Part shown: in pieces, positions 19,495 through 28,982 of the stretch
Numbering within the stretch: the stretch's first letter is position 1
Layout of the letters: every line of letters begins with the position of its first letter
Source: a virus
IMG/VR virus record: IMGVR_UViG_3300033149_003715
Coordinates: 64,001-128,000 of that record
Reading direction: 5' to 3' (one strand)
Length of the DNA stretch: 64,000 nucleotides
Notes under the pieces: model-generated
The model's input: only the letters and a program-made list of their open reading frames with translations
Told to the model about the DNA's origin: nothing
Databases searched by the model: none
Made by a program: the position numbers and the translations under genes

Positions 19495-20583
19495 TTATTC
19501 AAGTATATTAATAAGTTTCTGTACTGAATTTTCCCAAGTGAATTGTTTAGCCGTTTCAATACCCTCCTGATTAGACGGTCTTTCTTTATAGACATAACGC
19601 ATATAATCTACTATTTGATCTATATGCTTATCAGTGATTTTACCCCATTGTCCTTGTCCATAAAACCATTTTGTATGAGGAAAAACATTGGATACGTTAT
19701 CATATGCATCTTCTAATTCATCAATTTCTAATAGATAAGAATTATCATCATTAACGTATTCTGAATGTCCACTATAATTTGTTGTAATAACTGGTTTACC
19801 GCATGATAAAGACTGTAAAATTGGTAATCCAAATCCTTCTGCTCGTGTTGGAAATATACAGCAGTGTGCAGTATTAATTATATGTGCTAATAATTTATCA
19901 GTTTCAACTGGTGGTACAAAAATTATTTTATTACCAAGTGGTGTAGATTTATAATATTTTTCCCATTCTTGTATCTCCTGTGGTGTTAGAAATGGATTGT
20001 GCCACATCATACCTAAGACTACATTGTCTTTTTGGGTAAATGCTTTATTAAACGCCTGAATAAGTACATCATGTCCTTTTCTTTTTTCGATTTTGGCTAT
20101 GTTTAAAAAGTAAAAATTGTCTGTATGTTGGTATACTGTTTGTGGATAAAAAATTGATCTATCTACGCCTAATGGCACAACAGATACATTACATTTTACC
20201 CGATGGTTACATAAAATATTTGCTGCCCACTCAGAAGCTACACATATATGATCCATGTAATTGATATTATATAAACTAACAGTACCTAATTTGTTTAATT
20301 CAAAAAATGGAAATCCAATATATTTACCTTTACCAATTGTTTTTTCAATTAAACCAAATTCATGCCATATAATTAAACATGGATCATTGATATTTATATC
20401 GTAGTTAGATTTAATACATTGTTTTAGTGTATCTTGATATTCCGACGGAATTAACGGTTGACCAATTGAAAAATATTTAACATTATAATATTGTTGCAAA
20501 TTTATTAATAAATTAAAACATGCGTGTCCATATCCCAACTGAATATTTGATGGACCGTGAATTATTAAATTATTTTTAGACAT
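19495..20583 (-). CDS. GT-B glycosyltransferase (GT4-like)
   Basis: GYG, VVPLGVD..IF, RKGHDVLI.AF, PTRAEGFGLP....CGKPVI. Confidence 0.88.
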   Translation of the reverse strand: MSKNNLIIHGPSNIQLGYGHACFNLLINLQQYYNVKYFSIGQPLIPSEYQDTLKQCIKSNYDININDPCLIIWHEFGLIEKTIGKGKYIGFPFFELNKLGTVSLYNINYMDHICVASEWAANILCNHRVKCNVSVVPLGVDRSIFYPQTVYQHTDNFYFLNIAKIEKRKGHDVLIQAFNKAFTQKDNVVLGMMWHNPFLTPQEIQEWEKYYKSTPLGNKIIFVPPVETDKLLAHIINTAHCCIFPTRAEGFGLPILQSLSCGKPVITTNYSGHSEYVNDDNSYLLEIDELEDAYDNVSNVFPHTKWFYGQGQWGKITDKHIDQIVDYMRYVYKERPSNQEGIETAKQFTWENSVQKLINILE

Positions 20584-20610
20584 ATACTTTAAGTTCTTTG
20601 TTTTTTATTA

Positions 20611-20895
20611 TTAATGTTCTTCTACTCTATTGTAAAATTTTACTCCAATTTTTTTGAGTGTTGGTATAATTTTTTGTACAAAACATTGTGGACATATATC
20701 TGCTTTTGTAACATCCGCATAGTATGAATCAGGATATTGTTTACCTGTTCTTATTTCAATGGTTGTTTCTTGTATGTCGTATAGTCCATCATCCCAAACA
20801 CTTTGGTGTTTTTTTTGTTTCCCACACAAATCGCATTGAATATAATCTACCTGCGTAACTTGTTGTGTTATTGTTTTTTTTGTGTACTTAATCAT
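20611..20895 (-). CDS. hypothetical protein (CxxC...CxxC)
   Basis: CDLCG and DICPQC. Confidence 0.6.
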   Translation of the reverse strand: MIKYTKKTITQQVTQVDYIQCDLCGKQKKHQSVWDDGLYDIQETTIEIRTGKQYPDSYYADVTKADICPQCFVQKIIPTLKKIGVKFYNRVEEH

Positions 20896-21166
20896 TTTTT
20901 ATCTCTTGAGATGTTATAGTTAAATCAACATATTCATTCATATATTGTAACATAGCCCTAGATAAAGTTTGTTGAAATTTCAGTCTTTTTAATTGTTGTT
21001 CGTTCATGTTTGCTAAAGATCCATATTGACGTTTTAACCGATTGTGTTTCTTACGTGCCCTGCAAACTTCTTTTTTAGGTGGTAAGTTAGCAAGAATTTT
21101 GCCCCATTGTAACATTTTTTCTATGCGATATTTTTCTTTTTGTTTAGTATTCATATATAATACCAT
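20888..21166 (-). CDS. hypothetical protein
   Basis: basic 92-aa ORF. Confidence 0.5.
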   Translation of the reverse strand: MVLYMNTKQKEKYRIEKMLQWGKILANLPPKKEVCRARKKHNRLKRQYGSLANMNEQQLKRLKFQQTLSRAMLQYMNEYVDLTITSQEIKND

Positions 21167-21185
21167 TTTCGATAGGAGTAGAATT

Positions 21186-21318
21186 GTGATTTAGGAAGGA
21201 ATAAAAAAATATCATCCTCCACCCCACCCTCCAACCGCCACTTTTTATAGTGCTTAGCACGCACTGTTAGTAATCTCTTCCTAAATGATAGCGAGTCATT
21301 TAGTATTTAGTTCGCTAG
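21186..21318 (-). other. candidate structured non-coding element with G-rich tract
   Basis: 10-bp IR 21189..21198/21277..21286 enclosing a 5-bp hairpin and GGCGGTTGGAGGGTGGGGTGGAGG; extra TAGCGA/TCGCTA hairpin. Confidence 0.4.
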
Positions 21319-21417
21319 AAATGTATAATGATATCTATGAATATTACCCGTTCTTTTTGTGAACCCAGTATATATTATCATAAATATCTTAGAATACATC
21401 TCACTAAATCGAGATTA

Positions 21418-21687
21418 CTATTTGGGTCTTCCGATAACAGCTTTAATACCATCCGCCAAAGAAATAGTACGAAAACTATCAGGTTTAAATTCGGTTGGTT
21501 CTTTTTGTCTTAATCGAAAACTCTTACTTGTTTCATCCACATTTGATGATTTAAAACCGTGATTTTTAGCCCATTTTTTAGCTTGTTGTTTAGTAAATTT
21601 ATCTTTACTAAAAATTAAAGTTTGTATAGTAGTCTTTTCTTGTGCTATATTTAAATTTGTCAATACTTCATTAATAATTTTATTCAT
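21418..21687 (-). CDS. hypothetical phage protein
   Basis: F.K.KFT..QAKKW..HGF...FRLRQ..P..F...FRT pattern seen in phage proteins. Confidence 0.6.
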   Translation of the reverse strand: MNKIINEVLTNLNIAQEKTTIQTLIFSKDKFTKQQAKKWAKNHGFKSSNVDETSKSFRLRQKEPTEFKPDSFRTISLADGIKAVIGRPK

Positions 21688-21695
21688 AAGTACAA

Positions 21696-21971
21696 TTATC
21701 TCCTAAATAATCGAAACCCACGCCGAACAGAGTATGTATTTATAGTATTGTTCATGCTTTGTATAGTCGGGGTTTTTTCTTTCACATTTTGCTTATTCAA
21801 CTTTTCTTGAATTGTCGAAGTAGTAGTAGGAGTTGATGTTTCTTCTTTCATAATAATTAACGTAATTGTACTAGCTATCAACGATTTATATTCATAAGCA
21901 AATGTAGATTGTAATAAAAGAAAGAATGTTACTAACGCAAAAATTAGTTTTTTAAACATGATATGCTCCAT
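21696..21971 (-). CDS. secreted/signal-peptide protein
   Basis: MFKKLIFALVTFFLLLQSTFA signal; C-terminal RRGFRLFRR. Confidence 0.6.
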   Translation of the reverse strand: MEHIMFKKLIFALVTFFLLLQSTFAYEYKSLIASTITLIIMKEETSTPTTTSTIQEKLNKQNVKEKTPTIQSMNNTINTYSVRRGFRLFRR

Positions 21972-21974
21972 AAA

Positions 21975-22904
21975 TTACAAATATGTGTTAAATCCATAGT
22001 CTGGTATATTTTGTGCCCTAAAACCTTTATAATCAGAATATGCAAAACAATCATTACCAGCAAAAACTTTATCGCAAATATCAGCCTCTTCCCACCAAGA
22101 ACATACTTTCATATTATTTGGCATATCATCAGGCCAATGTCCACCACTAACGTGATCTCCCCAGCCAGTATTTGTTTTTAATAATGCCGGCTTTGGTTCC
22201 CATCGTACACCAATATAATTCATTGCATGTGCAATTTTACTACCACCATATCCATATCCATTTTTATCCCGTCTACGTGGTACTGGATTGCGACTATGTG
22301 CATTTGTAATTGGGTATCCATTTTGAATAAATCGTGCCGCAGTTTCAAAATCTTTGATTAACGTAGTATCTTTAACAATGTGTTCTCTAGCAATGGGTTC
22401 TAAACTATCAGGTACACCAACACGTCCATATTGTTTTGCTCGTTTACCACTGTATTGTCTAAAGTCATATTTATTAAGATATGTTGTTCTATGTAATGTA
22501 CCACATTGAATAACCGATTTAGCTCCTGCGGAACCGTATGATCCATCCCTACTATAATTTGGCCTTCCAAAAATTTCCACACGCATAAAACCATATGAAG
22601 TTTCACTACAAACTTGAAACATTGCCTGTTCTGGTAGATTTTTAAGATAAATTTGTACACCCATTAACACATCTATCGCATGTGCTGTGGACCAAGAAAC
22701 ACAATCACCAATTCCTTGATAACCATAATTCCAATTTTGAAAAGCTTGAAATAAATATGGATATAATATTACATTTTTTTTCTCATCCCTAAATTTTTGT
22801 TGTGCAATTTTCTTACCATCGGGTTCATTACCCAGTTTTGCCCATAAATTTAGAAAAAGATCAGTTTCTCTAGGGTTTGGAATATATCCTGTATATTGTG
22901 TCAT
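21975..22904 (-). CDS. papain-like (C1-type) cysteine peptidase
   Basis: QGIGDCVSW (Gln/Cys), DGS.G, AHAM (His), NTGWG (Asn). Confidence 0.78.
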   Translation of the reverse strand: MTQYTGYIPNPRETDLFLNLWAKLGNEPDGKKIAQQKFRDEKKNVILYPYLFQAFQNWNYGYQGIGDCVSWSTAHAIDVLMGVQIYLKNLPEQAMFQVCSETSYGFMRVEIFGRPNYSRDGSYGSAGAKSVIQCGTLHRTTYLNKYDFRQYSGKRAKQYGRVGVPDSLEPIAREHIVKDTTLIKDFETAARFIQNGYPITNAHSRNPVPRRRDKNGYGYGGSKIAHAMNYIGVRWEPKPALLKTNTGWGDHVSGGHWPDDMPNNMKVCSWWEEADICDKVFAGNDCFAYSDYKGFRAQNIPDYGFNTYL

Positions 22905-22932
22905 ATTAATACCTTATCATATATTTTACAAC

Positions 22933-23004
22933 AGCCGGTTGTAGGATTTGAACCCACTTTCTCTGATTACAAATCAGTTGCTCTACCAATTGAGCTAAAC
23001 CGGC
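22933..23004 (-). tRNA. tRNA-Thr(UGU)
   Basis: GCCGGTT/AACCGGC acceptor, GCTC-AATTGGTA-GAGC D-arm, CTGA-TTTGTAA-TCAG anticodon arm, GTGGG-TTCAAAT-CCTAC T-arm; no encoded CCA. Confidence 0.93.
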
Positions 23005-23009
23005 ACTTC

Positions 23010-23546
23010 TTATACTTCATTACCCCAAGCATCCCAACCTTTTATTTTTTCTCTTGCAAATAATTCGATACGTGGTAAATCACCAACAAGTTTAACAATT
23101 CGTTTTCTCACCTCGTTTGGTTTCTTACTATGTTCTTCGATGGATGTATCAATAATCGAGTGAATTCCTGCATTTATTCTTTTTGGTTTTCCTTTTGTTG
23201 CTAAAAGGCACAATTCAGCATTTGCCCTAGTCCAATTACCCATTCCCCAAAACCAACTATTAGATTTTTTATTTCTTTTTACCCAAGTAAACGCTACTGT
23301 TTTATATTTGAAACCCCATTTTTCTATTAAATCCCAACACTCATTAAGTTTTGGCATTGTTACCCAAAGAAAAAGAATACAATTTTTATCAGTTATTTGA
23401 GTAACAGGCAAATTATCAAGATAATTTTTATCCAATGTTTGATATTTACACCCAGCCCCTCTATTACCTGCAAGAGCTTTATCTTTATAGCTCCACGGCG
23501 GATCGGCATAAATGATTTGATATTTCTTATTAGGAAATGGTATCAT
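23010..23546 (-). CDS. MT-A70 family adenine methyltransferase
   Basis: IYADPPW, LFLWVT, WGFKYKT..F.W.K, HSKKP, ELFAR. Confidence 0.92.
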   Translation of the reverse strand: MIPFPNKKYQIIYADPPWSYKDKALAGNRGAGCKYQTLDKNYLDNLPVTQITDKNCILFLWVTMPKLNECWDLIEKWGFKYKTVAFTWVKRNKKSNSWFWGMGNWTRANAELCLLATKGKPKRINAGIHSIIDTSIEEHSKKPNEVRKRIVKLVGDLPRIELFAREKIKGWDAWGNEV

Positions 23547-24388
23547 TTTTTGCCACTTTCCAAACAAGCCCACGCAATTGCTTTAAAAGTATCTTGAGCA
23601 TATTGCCTCGTAGTGTTAGTTAATTCTTTATCTTCTAATCCAAGAACTTCTTTTACAATATTATTTAACATTTCAGATAAACCGGGATACTTACCTTGCA
23701 TACCAGTTTGTTGAAACATTAAATTACCAGCACTAACATTAGCTTCTCTAATATGCCTTACATGTGTAATGATTTCCTTATCACGCATAATAATATTAGC
23801 GAAGTCTAAATAAAATTTAGCTAATTCAATACTATCCTTTTTAGCATCAGGACCATTTAATAATGTAGTAATAGGTATTACTTTTTGTTTATAGTATTCG
23901 TGAGGTTCTGGTACAACAATAGAATCAGGATTAGGATTTGGTAGTGGATTTGGTGTCCCATTAATAAGTACGTGTTCTGCAATATCAGCCTTATTATTTT
24001 GTACCGCAACAAAAATAAAATAATATGTTCCTGCTGTTTTGCTCGTAAAGTGTGCTAAATAATGAACAATTGGTTGTCCGTTACTATCCATTCCACCAAA
24101 CAATGGTAATTCAGTCAAATTGCTTTGGGCTTCTGTTGGATATACTCGCCAATAAAATGTGTTACCAACAGAACCAGTTGTTCTTAACCAAACTGTATCA
24201 CCAATTTCAACAGATTCAGGAGCTTCTATAATAGCTTTTGGAATATCGGATGTACTAATTGCATCAGGTTTTATAATATTTGGTGTAACCACATTTGTTT
24301 GTGGTTTGTTATCTTCTATAATTTGAGAATTAACTACGGCGTTCCATAATCCTACCACAAGTCCTAAAATTACAATAAACTTTTTCAT
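23543..24388 (-). CDS. secreted protein with beta-rich domain and PN linker
   Basis: signal peptide, GTYYF.FVA, PNPLPNPNP linker, helical C-domain. Confidence 0.65.
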   Translation of the reverse strand: MKKFIVILGLVVGLWNAVVNSQIIEDNKPQTNVVTPNIIKPDAISTSDIPKAIIEAPESVEIGDTVWLRTTGSVGNTFYWRVYPTEAQSNLTELPLFGGMDSNGQPIVHYLAHFTSKTAGTYYFIFVAVQNNKADIAEHVLINGTPNPLPNPNPDSIVVPEPHEYYKQKVIPITTLLNGPDAKKDSIELAKFYLDFANIIMRDKEIITHVRHIREANVSAGNLMFQQTGMQGKYPGLSEMLNNIVKEVLGLEDKELTNTTRQYAQDTFKAIAWACLESGKK

Positions 24389-24406
24389 AACATATCCTTT
24401 GATCAA

Positions 24407-24754
24407 TTATGAATCAATTGTATTATACAATTCTTCAATTTCTTTTGATGTAGCTTGGGCTCCGGTTTTTAATAGAGCGTTTACTACATCTGGACCATAT
24501 TCTCGATATGCCCTGCGACCTAATACACGACGAGTTTTGGTGACTAACACACGTCTTTGTAGCCAGGTTGGTGACTTGGCCATTTGAGGTATATCTTCTG
24601 GGGTTTTATCACACCATTCAATAATTTGGGGAATGATTGTAGAAAGTAGCTCCATAATTAATAAGATAATAGTTGGATCAAATCTTGCAGAATTGTGCTT
24701 TGAATCAATATTTCCAACAACTCTTTCGGTAAAATTTCGTAGTGGATCGTTCAT
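24407..24754 (-). CDS. hypothetical protein with hydrophobic helix
   Basis: DPTIILLIMELLSTIIPQIIEWC segment. Confidence 0.6.
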   Translation of the reverse strand: MNDPLRNFTERVVGNIDSKHNSARFDPTIILLIMELLSTIIPQIIEWCDKTPEDIPQMAKSPTWLQRRVLVTKTRRVLGRRAYREYGPDVVNALLKTGAQATSKEIEELYNTIDS

Positions 24755-24800
24755 TTCAATTATCCTTTTCTAAATTAAGATTTATGTTACTCTTTATATA

Positions 24801-24820
24801 TATACACAAAAAATATTATT
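24801..24820 (-). promoter_or_regulatory. putative phage-specific promoter (AATAATATTT-N3-GTGTATA)
   Basis: matches motif at 16085..16102. Confidence 0.4.
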
Positions 24821-24882
24821 TCTTAACAAACTCATTAAAGTTCAATAACACTAATTAACCAAAAAATATACTTTTTATCCCA

Positions 24883-25047
24883 TTAAGTATAAATCTGATA
24901 TTTTTTCTTTGGCTTTTTTGGGTGTTCTTTCTTTTTTACACATTTTAGGCATAATTTATTATTTGAGATGGGAACATGGTACACTTTACATTGTGGACAC
25001 TTTACCGTATCATATATGTACACCTGCTGTGGAAAAATTGTTTGCAT
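24883..25047 (-). CDS. small zinc-finger-like protein (not in ORF track)
   Basis: MQTIFPQQVYIYDTVKCPQC...LCLKC..., fills gap after Hsp20. Confidence 0.45.
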   Translation of the reverse strand: MQTIFPQQVYIYDTVKCPQCKVYHVPISNNKLCLKCVKKKEHPKKPKKKYQIYT

Positions 25048-25053
25048 TATTAG

Positions 25054-25464
25054 TTAGTTACTAATTTTCAACTTAATCGGCTCCTCGATTTGTTTTTTGG
25101 GAATCTTAATATATAAAACACCATTGTTGAGAGAAACTGATGCTTTTTTGAGCATATATGTTTCACTATCCACGTAGAAATCTGTTCTTAGTTTATCACT
25201 ACGATTTCTAGATTGGTATTTAATATTTGCAGATTTTTGTTGTACAGTAGCTTTATTACATTTTACAGTTAATGTATGATCTCTGACAGAAATATCAATT
25301 TCATCCTCGGTAAAACCAGGAACTTCTATTTCTAAAATTAATTCTGTATCAGTTGTTATAACATTTGATTTTGGTTTTGGTACTGATGTTGTTTTTGGAT
25401 AGAGATCAGAAAAAATGAACGGATAACTAAATAAATTATCAAATAATCGTGTTGTATTAGACAT
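25054..25464 (-). CDS. Hsp20 / alpha-crystallin small heat-shock protein
   Basis: EVPGF..DEIDI...LTV and L.NGVL.I.IPK motifs; AGGAGG RBS. Confidence 0.9.
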   Translation of the reverse strand: MSNTTRLFDNLFSYPFIFSDLYPKTTSVPKPKSNVITTDTELILEIEVPGFTEDEIDISVRDHTLTVKCNKATVQQKSANIKYQSRNRSDKLRTDFYVDSETYMLKKASVSLNNGVLYIKIPKKQIEEPIKLKISN

Positions 25465-25498
25465 TTGTTCCTCCTATTCGTATACTTTTAAAATATTA

Positions 25499-26302
25499 TT
25501 ACGTAAAATTCATCCAAAGACATTCTTTTTTTCGATTCTTTTTCTTACTGCCTGAAGCATGATTTGCAATATTAAATTCTACTCTATTCCATGTCGAATA
25601 AAGTTCGTCATAAAGTTTAGACGGATAACCACTTATAACAACCATACTTTTGCACGTAGTCAAAATCGCTGCCAAATTTCTATGGTCTTCATCAGTCATT
25701 TCCTGGTTGTATATATTGCGACTGTTTTGTTGTCTCGTAGATGAAACATAAGGTGGATCACAATAAATCAAAGTTTCGGGACTATCCCATTTCTGGATAA
25801 CTTTTTCTGCTGGACGATTTAAAATTTCTACTGATCGGAGTCTTTCTACTATCATAGGAAGTTGTTCATCAATAATAGAAAGATACCCAGATACCACATC
25901 AGCCATTCCTTTTCTAGCACGATGTAATGTAAAACTAAAAGAATCACCACGTCCACCAAGTGATAATCTCCATCGTATAAAATCTCGACGAGCTTGCTCT
26001 ATTTCATCTTTTGCCGACTCTGTTGATTCATAAAATTCGATTTCACTGTAAGGTGTCAAGGTAAGTCGTTTTTGTAATTCTTTCCCGTGATCACGAAGTA
26101 CCCGAAATAGTCGAGTTATCCTAGAATCAATGTCATTATAAACTTCAATCATAGAAGGAGATTTATTTAATAATACTGAAGCTGCACCACCAAACGGTTC
26201 TAGGTAAGTATGATGAGGTGGAAAATACTTAATAATAAGATGTGCTAAATAATACTTTCCACCATGCCATTTTACTGGTGGTCTAAGTTTCTTTTTCTGC
26301 AT
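25499..26302 (-). CDS. dam: D12-class DNA adenine methyltransferase (Dam-like)
   Basis: WHGGK, YLEPFGG, VYND, YCDPPY, ISGY. Confidence 0.9.
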   Translation of the reverse strand: MQKKKLRPPVKWHGGKYYLAHLIIKYFPPHHTYLEPFGGAASVLLNKSPSMIEVYNDIDSRITRLFRVLRDHGKELQKRLTLTPYSEIEFYESTESAKDEIEQARRDFIRWRLSLGGRGDSFSFTLHRARKGMADVVSGYLSIIDEQLPMIVERLRSVEILNRPAEKVIQKWDSPETLIYCDPPYVSSTRQQNSRNIYNQEMTDEDHRNLAAILTTCKSMVVISGYPSKLYDELYSTWNRVEFNIANHASGSKKKNRKKECLWMNFT

Positions 26303-26315
26303 TTACTTTTATATT

Positions 26316-26606
26316 TTAGTTTTCTAATTTAAAATATCGCTTTGCTCTTTCTTTCATCTCCTTGATGGTTTCACCTATAATATCATAATCCCATGATGAA
26401 CGAATAGCTGGATGTACATTGCTACCTTTTTTAGCTCGGCCGATTGCAATTTCTAATCCTCGTTTTTTGTCGAATTTATCGCGTGGACAACACTGTGACC
26501 AACCTATTTTATCTTTATCAAGTGCGACTACTACTCCTATGGGTTTATCGCAAAATCTCACATATTTTACTAAAACCTTTTTACCATTTTCTGTTAATTG
26601 ACTCAT
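26316..26606 (-). CDS. hypothetical phage protein
   Basis: GWS.C...DKFDKKRG..IA..RA pattern. Confidence 0.6.
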   Translation of the reverse strand: MSQLTENGKKVLVKYVRFCDKPIGVVVALDKDKIGWSQCCPRDKFDKKRGLEIAIGRAKKGSNVHPAIRSSWDYDIIGETIKEMKERAKRYFKLEN

Positions 26607-27058
26607 TGGCTAATTTTCCTCACAACAATATTTACATCTTCTAAAGCTTCAAAATGTCCTTCCCACGGTTTATATTTACCATCATATGTATTGTTACGTA
26701 TGGATTCAACAATTTTCTCTGCTTGTTTGTAATTGTTATATATATCTTCAATGTACCATGCACCATGTGTTATACCAAATGTTCCTCCAGTTTGAAATCT
26801 GACTAATACTATATAAACTTCTTGACCAACATTTGGTTTAAATGATACATTATGTAATTCTCTGAAAAAATTTGCATTTTGTTTGTTTAGGTGTATGTTT
26901 TGTAATTCAAAGTTAATATATGATGGTTGAAGATTTGGCCACTCAGTATCTTCTTCTCCTGGACAGATTTCTCCGCCACTCTCATATTCTATATAATCTA
27001 CATATAATGGATATTTAGTAACAGTATATTTTTCTTTAATAGTTGATGATATTGTCAT
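26603..27058 (-). CDS. hypothetical phage protein
   Basis: 151-aa ORF, PW.G.FE.LE C-terminus. Confidence 0.6.
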   Translation of the reverse strand: MTISSTIKEKYTVTKYPLYVDYIEYESGGEICPGEEDTEWPNLQPSYINFELQNIHLNKQNANFFRELHNVSFKPNVGQEVYIVLVRFQTGGTFGITHGAWYIEDIYNNYKQAEKIVESIRNNTYDGKYKPWEGHFEALEDVNIVVRKISQ

Positions 27059-27085
27059 ACTATTTTCCTTTATATTTTTTGTAGT

Positions 27086-27349
27086 TTATACGTCAACTTC
27101 TTTCCAATGTATTAGAATTGCCTCAGCCATACACAAATAGTTTGCTTTTTTCGCTTGTTTATATGCTTCTTGACTATTTCCATTTTGTAAATATTGACGA
27201 CATTTTACTAATGTTTCAATCCTATCTCCATCTATCCAATTACGTTTTTTATTATGAAGAAAAAAGGCAATATCAAGATTATAGAGTATTGATTCTTTAT
27301 GTGGATAGCATTTTAATACTAATTCGTTTGACAACCTATGTGATGACAT
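27086..27349 (-). CDS. hypothetical protein
   Basis: 87-aa ORF. Confidence 0.5.
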   Translation of the reverse strand: MSSHRLSNELVLKCYPHKESILYNLDIAFFLHNKKRNWIDGDRIETLVKCRQYLQNGNSQEAYKQAKKANYLCMAEAILIHWKEVDV

Positions 27350-27360
27350 TCTTTGTGTTG

Positions 27361-27573
27361 TTATAATTTTTGCTTTATTGTTGTTCGTATTTGTTCATTT
27401 ATAAGAATTAGAAATGTAACGACAAACAAAATAGATGCAAATGGTGTTAGAGTAATTAACAACAAACATACAGTGAATATAAACACAAAAGCCAATAATG
27501 TATGAAATATAAAAAATAATAGACTTAAAGGTATATTTACAATTTTCTTAAGAAAAGCAATAATCATGATCAA
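27361..27573 (-). CDS. small membrane protein
   Basis: long hydrophobic stretch (about two TM helices). Confidence 0.5.
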   Translation of the reverse strand: MIMIIAFLKKIVNIPLSLLFFIFHTLLAFVFIFTVCLLLITLTPFASILFVVTFLILINEQIRTTIKQKL

Positions 27574-27579
27574 TTTCCA

Positions 27580-28482
27580 TTATGTATAGGAATCTAATAG
27601 TTGAATCCAATGTTTTTTAATTTTTTCTTTACTAAAATGTTTGATAGCAATATTGCGGCATATTTTTGATAAATCTTGTGCTAAGTCTGGTTTATTTAGC
27701 AGATTTTTTATGATTTGTCTTAACCCTAATATGGAATCAGAACATAATTCTTTTGGTAACAGTTGATGTATCTCATAGGTAGTACCATAATATTTTGTGT
27801 CAAATCCTTTATAAAATAATTCTGGTCCTATAGCTACAATTGGTATACCGATCATAAGACATTCAATAAAACCCAACGTATAACTAGCCGGAAAGGTACC
27901 CGTATAAAGCATACAGCGATTTTGTTTTAATGTTCTAACTAATTCGGACGATGGCACTTCTTGATGTCGAATTACTCCTTGATTTAAATCCTCATTTCCT
28001 TTACCATATAATACTCTTGCAAATCCATCTGTAATCTGCAAAAATTCTTGAAATTTAACATGTTTTGGTCTTTTTAATACTTTTTTGGAAAAACCACATA
28101 CTCTTTTAATTTCTCCCGTGTATCCTTTCCAGATATTGGGATCTTTGTAGAATCTAATCACGCTACCACCGGCATATTGTGGAATATTGACTTCACATGG
28201 CGAACAACGAACAATGTTAATCCCTGATTTTGTATATTTTTTGAGGGCTATTTCCATACCAAGATGAGATTGCCCAATAGTTCTAAATAAAATTGGTTTA
28301 TGTTTAATAAGATGGTGGAAATTTTCAAGCCAGTGAAGTCGGTGGACTATTATATAAAGATCACAAGTTAGGTCTGGTGGTTCATCTAACTTTCCAACAA
28401 TAATTTCATATCTTAGTTCTTTTAATAAAGATACTTCTGAAGCCATTAAAGAACTATGACATGGATAATAAAAAATTTTCAT
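27580..28482 (-). CDS. GT-B-fold glycosyltransferase
   Basis: YTLGFIECLMIGIPIV (E..A.G.P type motif), A..HFS...I...W C-terminal helix. Confidence 0.75.
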   Translation of the reverse strand: MKIFYYPCHSSLMASEVSLLKELRYEIIVGKLDEPPDLTCDLYIIVHRLHWLENFHHLIKHKPILFRTIGQSHLGMEIALKKYTKSGINIVRCSPCEVNIPQYAGGSVIRFYKDPNIWKGYTGEIKRVCGFSKKVLKRPKHVKFQEFLQITDGFARVLYGKGNEDLNQGVIRHQEVPSSELVRTLKQNRCMLYTGTFPASYTLGFIECLMIGIPIVAIGPELFYKGFDTKYYGTTYEIHQLLPKELCSDSILGLRQIIKNLLNKPDLAQDLSKICRNIAIKHFSKEKIKKHWIQLLDSYT

Positions 28483-28697
28483 ATATTGTTTTGTGAAGTA
28501 TTGTGTGAATAGATATTAGCATCTATCCAACATTTTTCATTACATACAGGACAAATAAATATATAATAACTTTCATTTCTTGGACTAAAGAAAAATTTAC
28601 CTTCACTGGGTTTAGAACTAATAATAGATTTACAATAAATACACGTCCATAGTCTTTCTATTTCTTTTTCTGGTAGTGAACGTTTTATAATTTTCAT
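28479..28697 (-). CDS. small zinc-ribbon protein
   Basis: CIYC...CPVC. Confidence 0.55.
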   Translation of the reverse strand: MKIIKRSLPEKEIERLWTCIYCKSIISSKPSEGKFFFSPRNESYYIFICPVCNEKCWIDANIYSHNTSQNNI

Positions 28698-28715
28698 TTT
28701 TAAATAATTGCAAAT

Positions 28716-28982
28716 TTATTTCGATTGTCTAAAAGGTAATAACCATTGCAAAAATTGCCACAAGAAATCGTCTCTATTTCTCTCTCCAGCATCAATTTCG
28801 GCTTTTACAGCGTCATAATCCATATAAACTTCTTGATCTGTTTTGAGACTATAAATCAGATTAAATTTAGCCCACTTATCTTTTTGACTGCCTGTTAATG
28901 GGTGTGAATACACTATTTTTCCTTCATATTTTTCTTGGGAACTTTTACCTTTATTTTGCCGGTTCCGCAACAGTGTGGACAT
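28716..28982 (-). CDS. hypothetical protein
   Basis: 88-aa ORF. Confidence 0.45.
   Translation of the reverse strand: MSTLLRNRQNKGKSSQEKYEGKIVYSHPLTGSQKDKWAKFNLIYSLKTDQEVYMDYDAVKAEIDAGERNRDDFLWQFLQWLLPFRQSK

Noticed and set aside
22905-22932. tRNA-associated self-cleaving ribozyme downstream of tRNA-Thr
   Set aside because: The 3' flank is short and AT-rich with no pairing consistent with an HDV-like fold.
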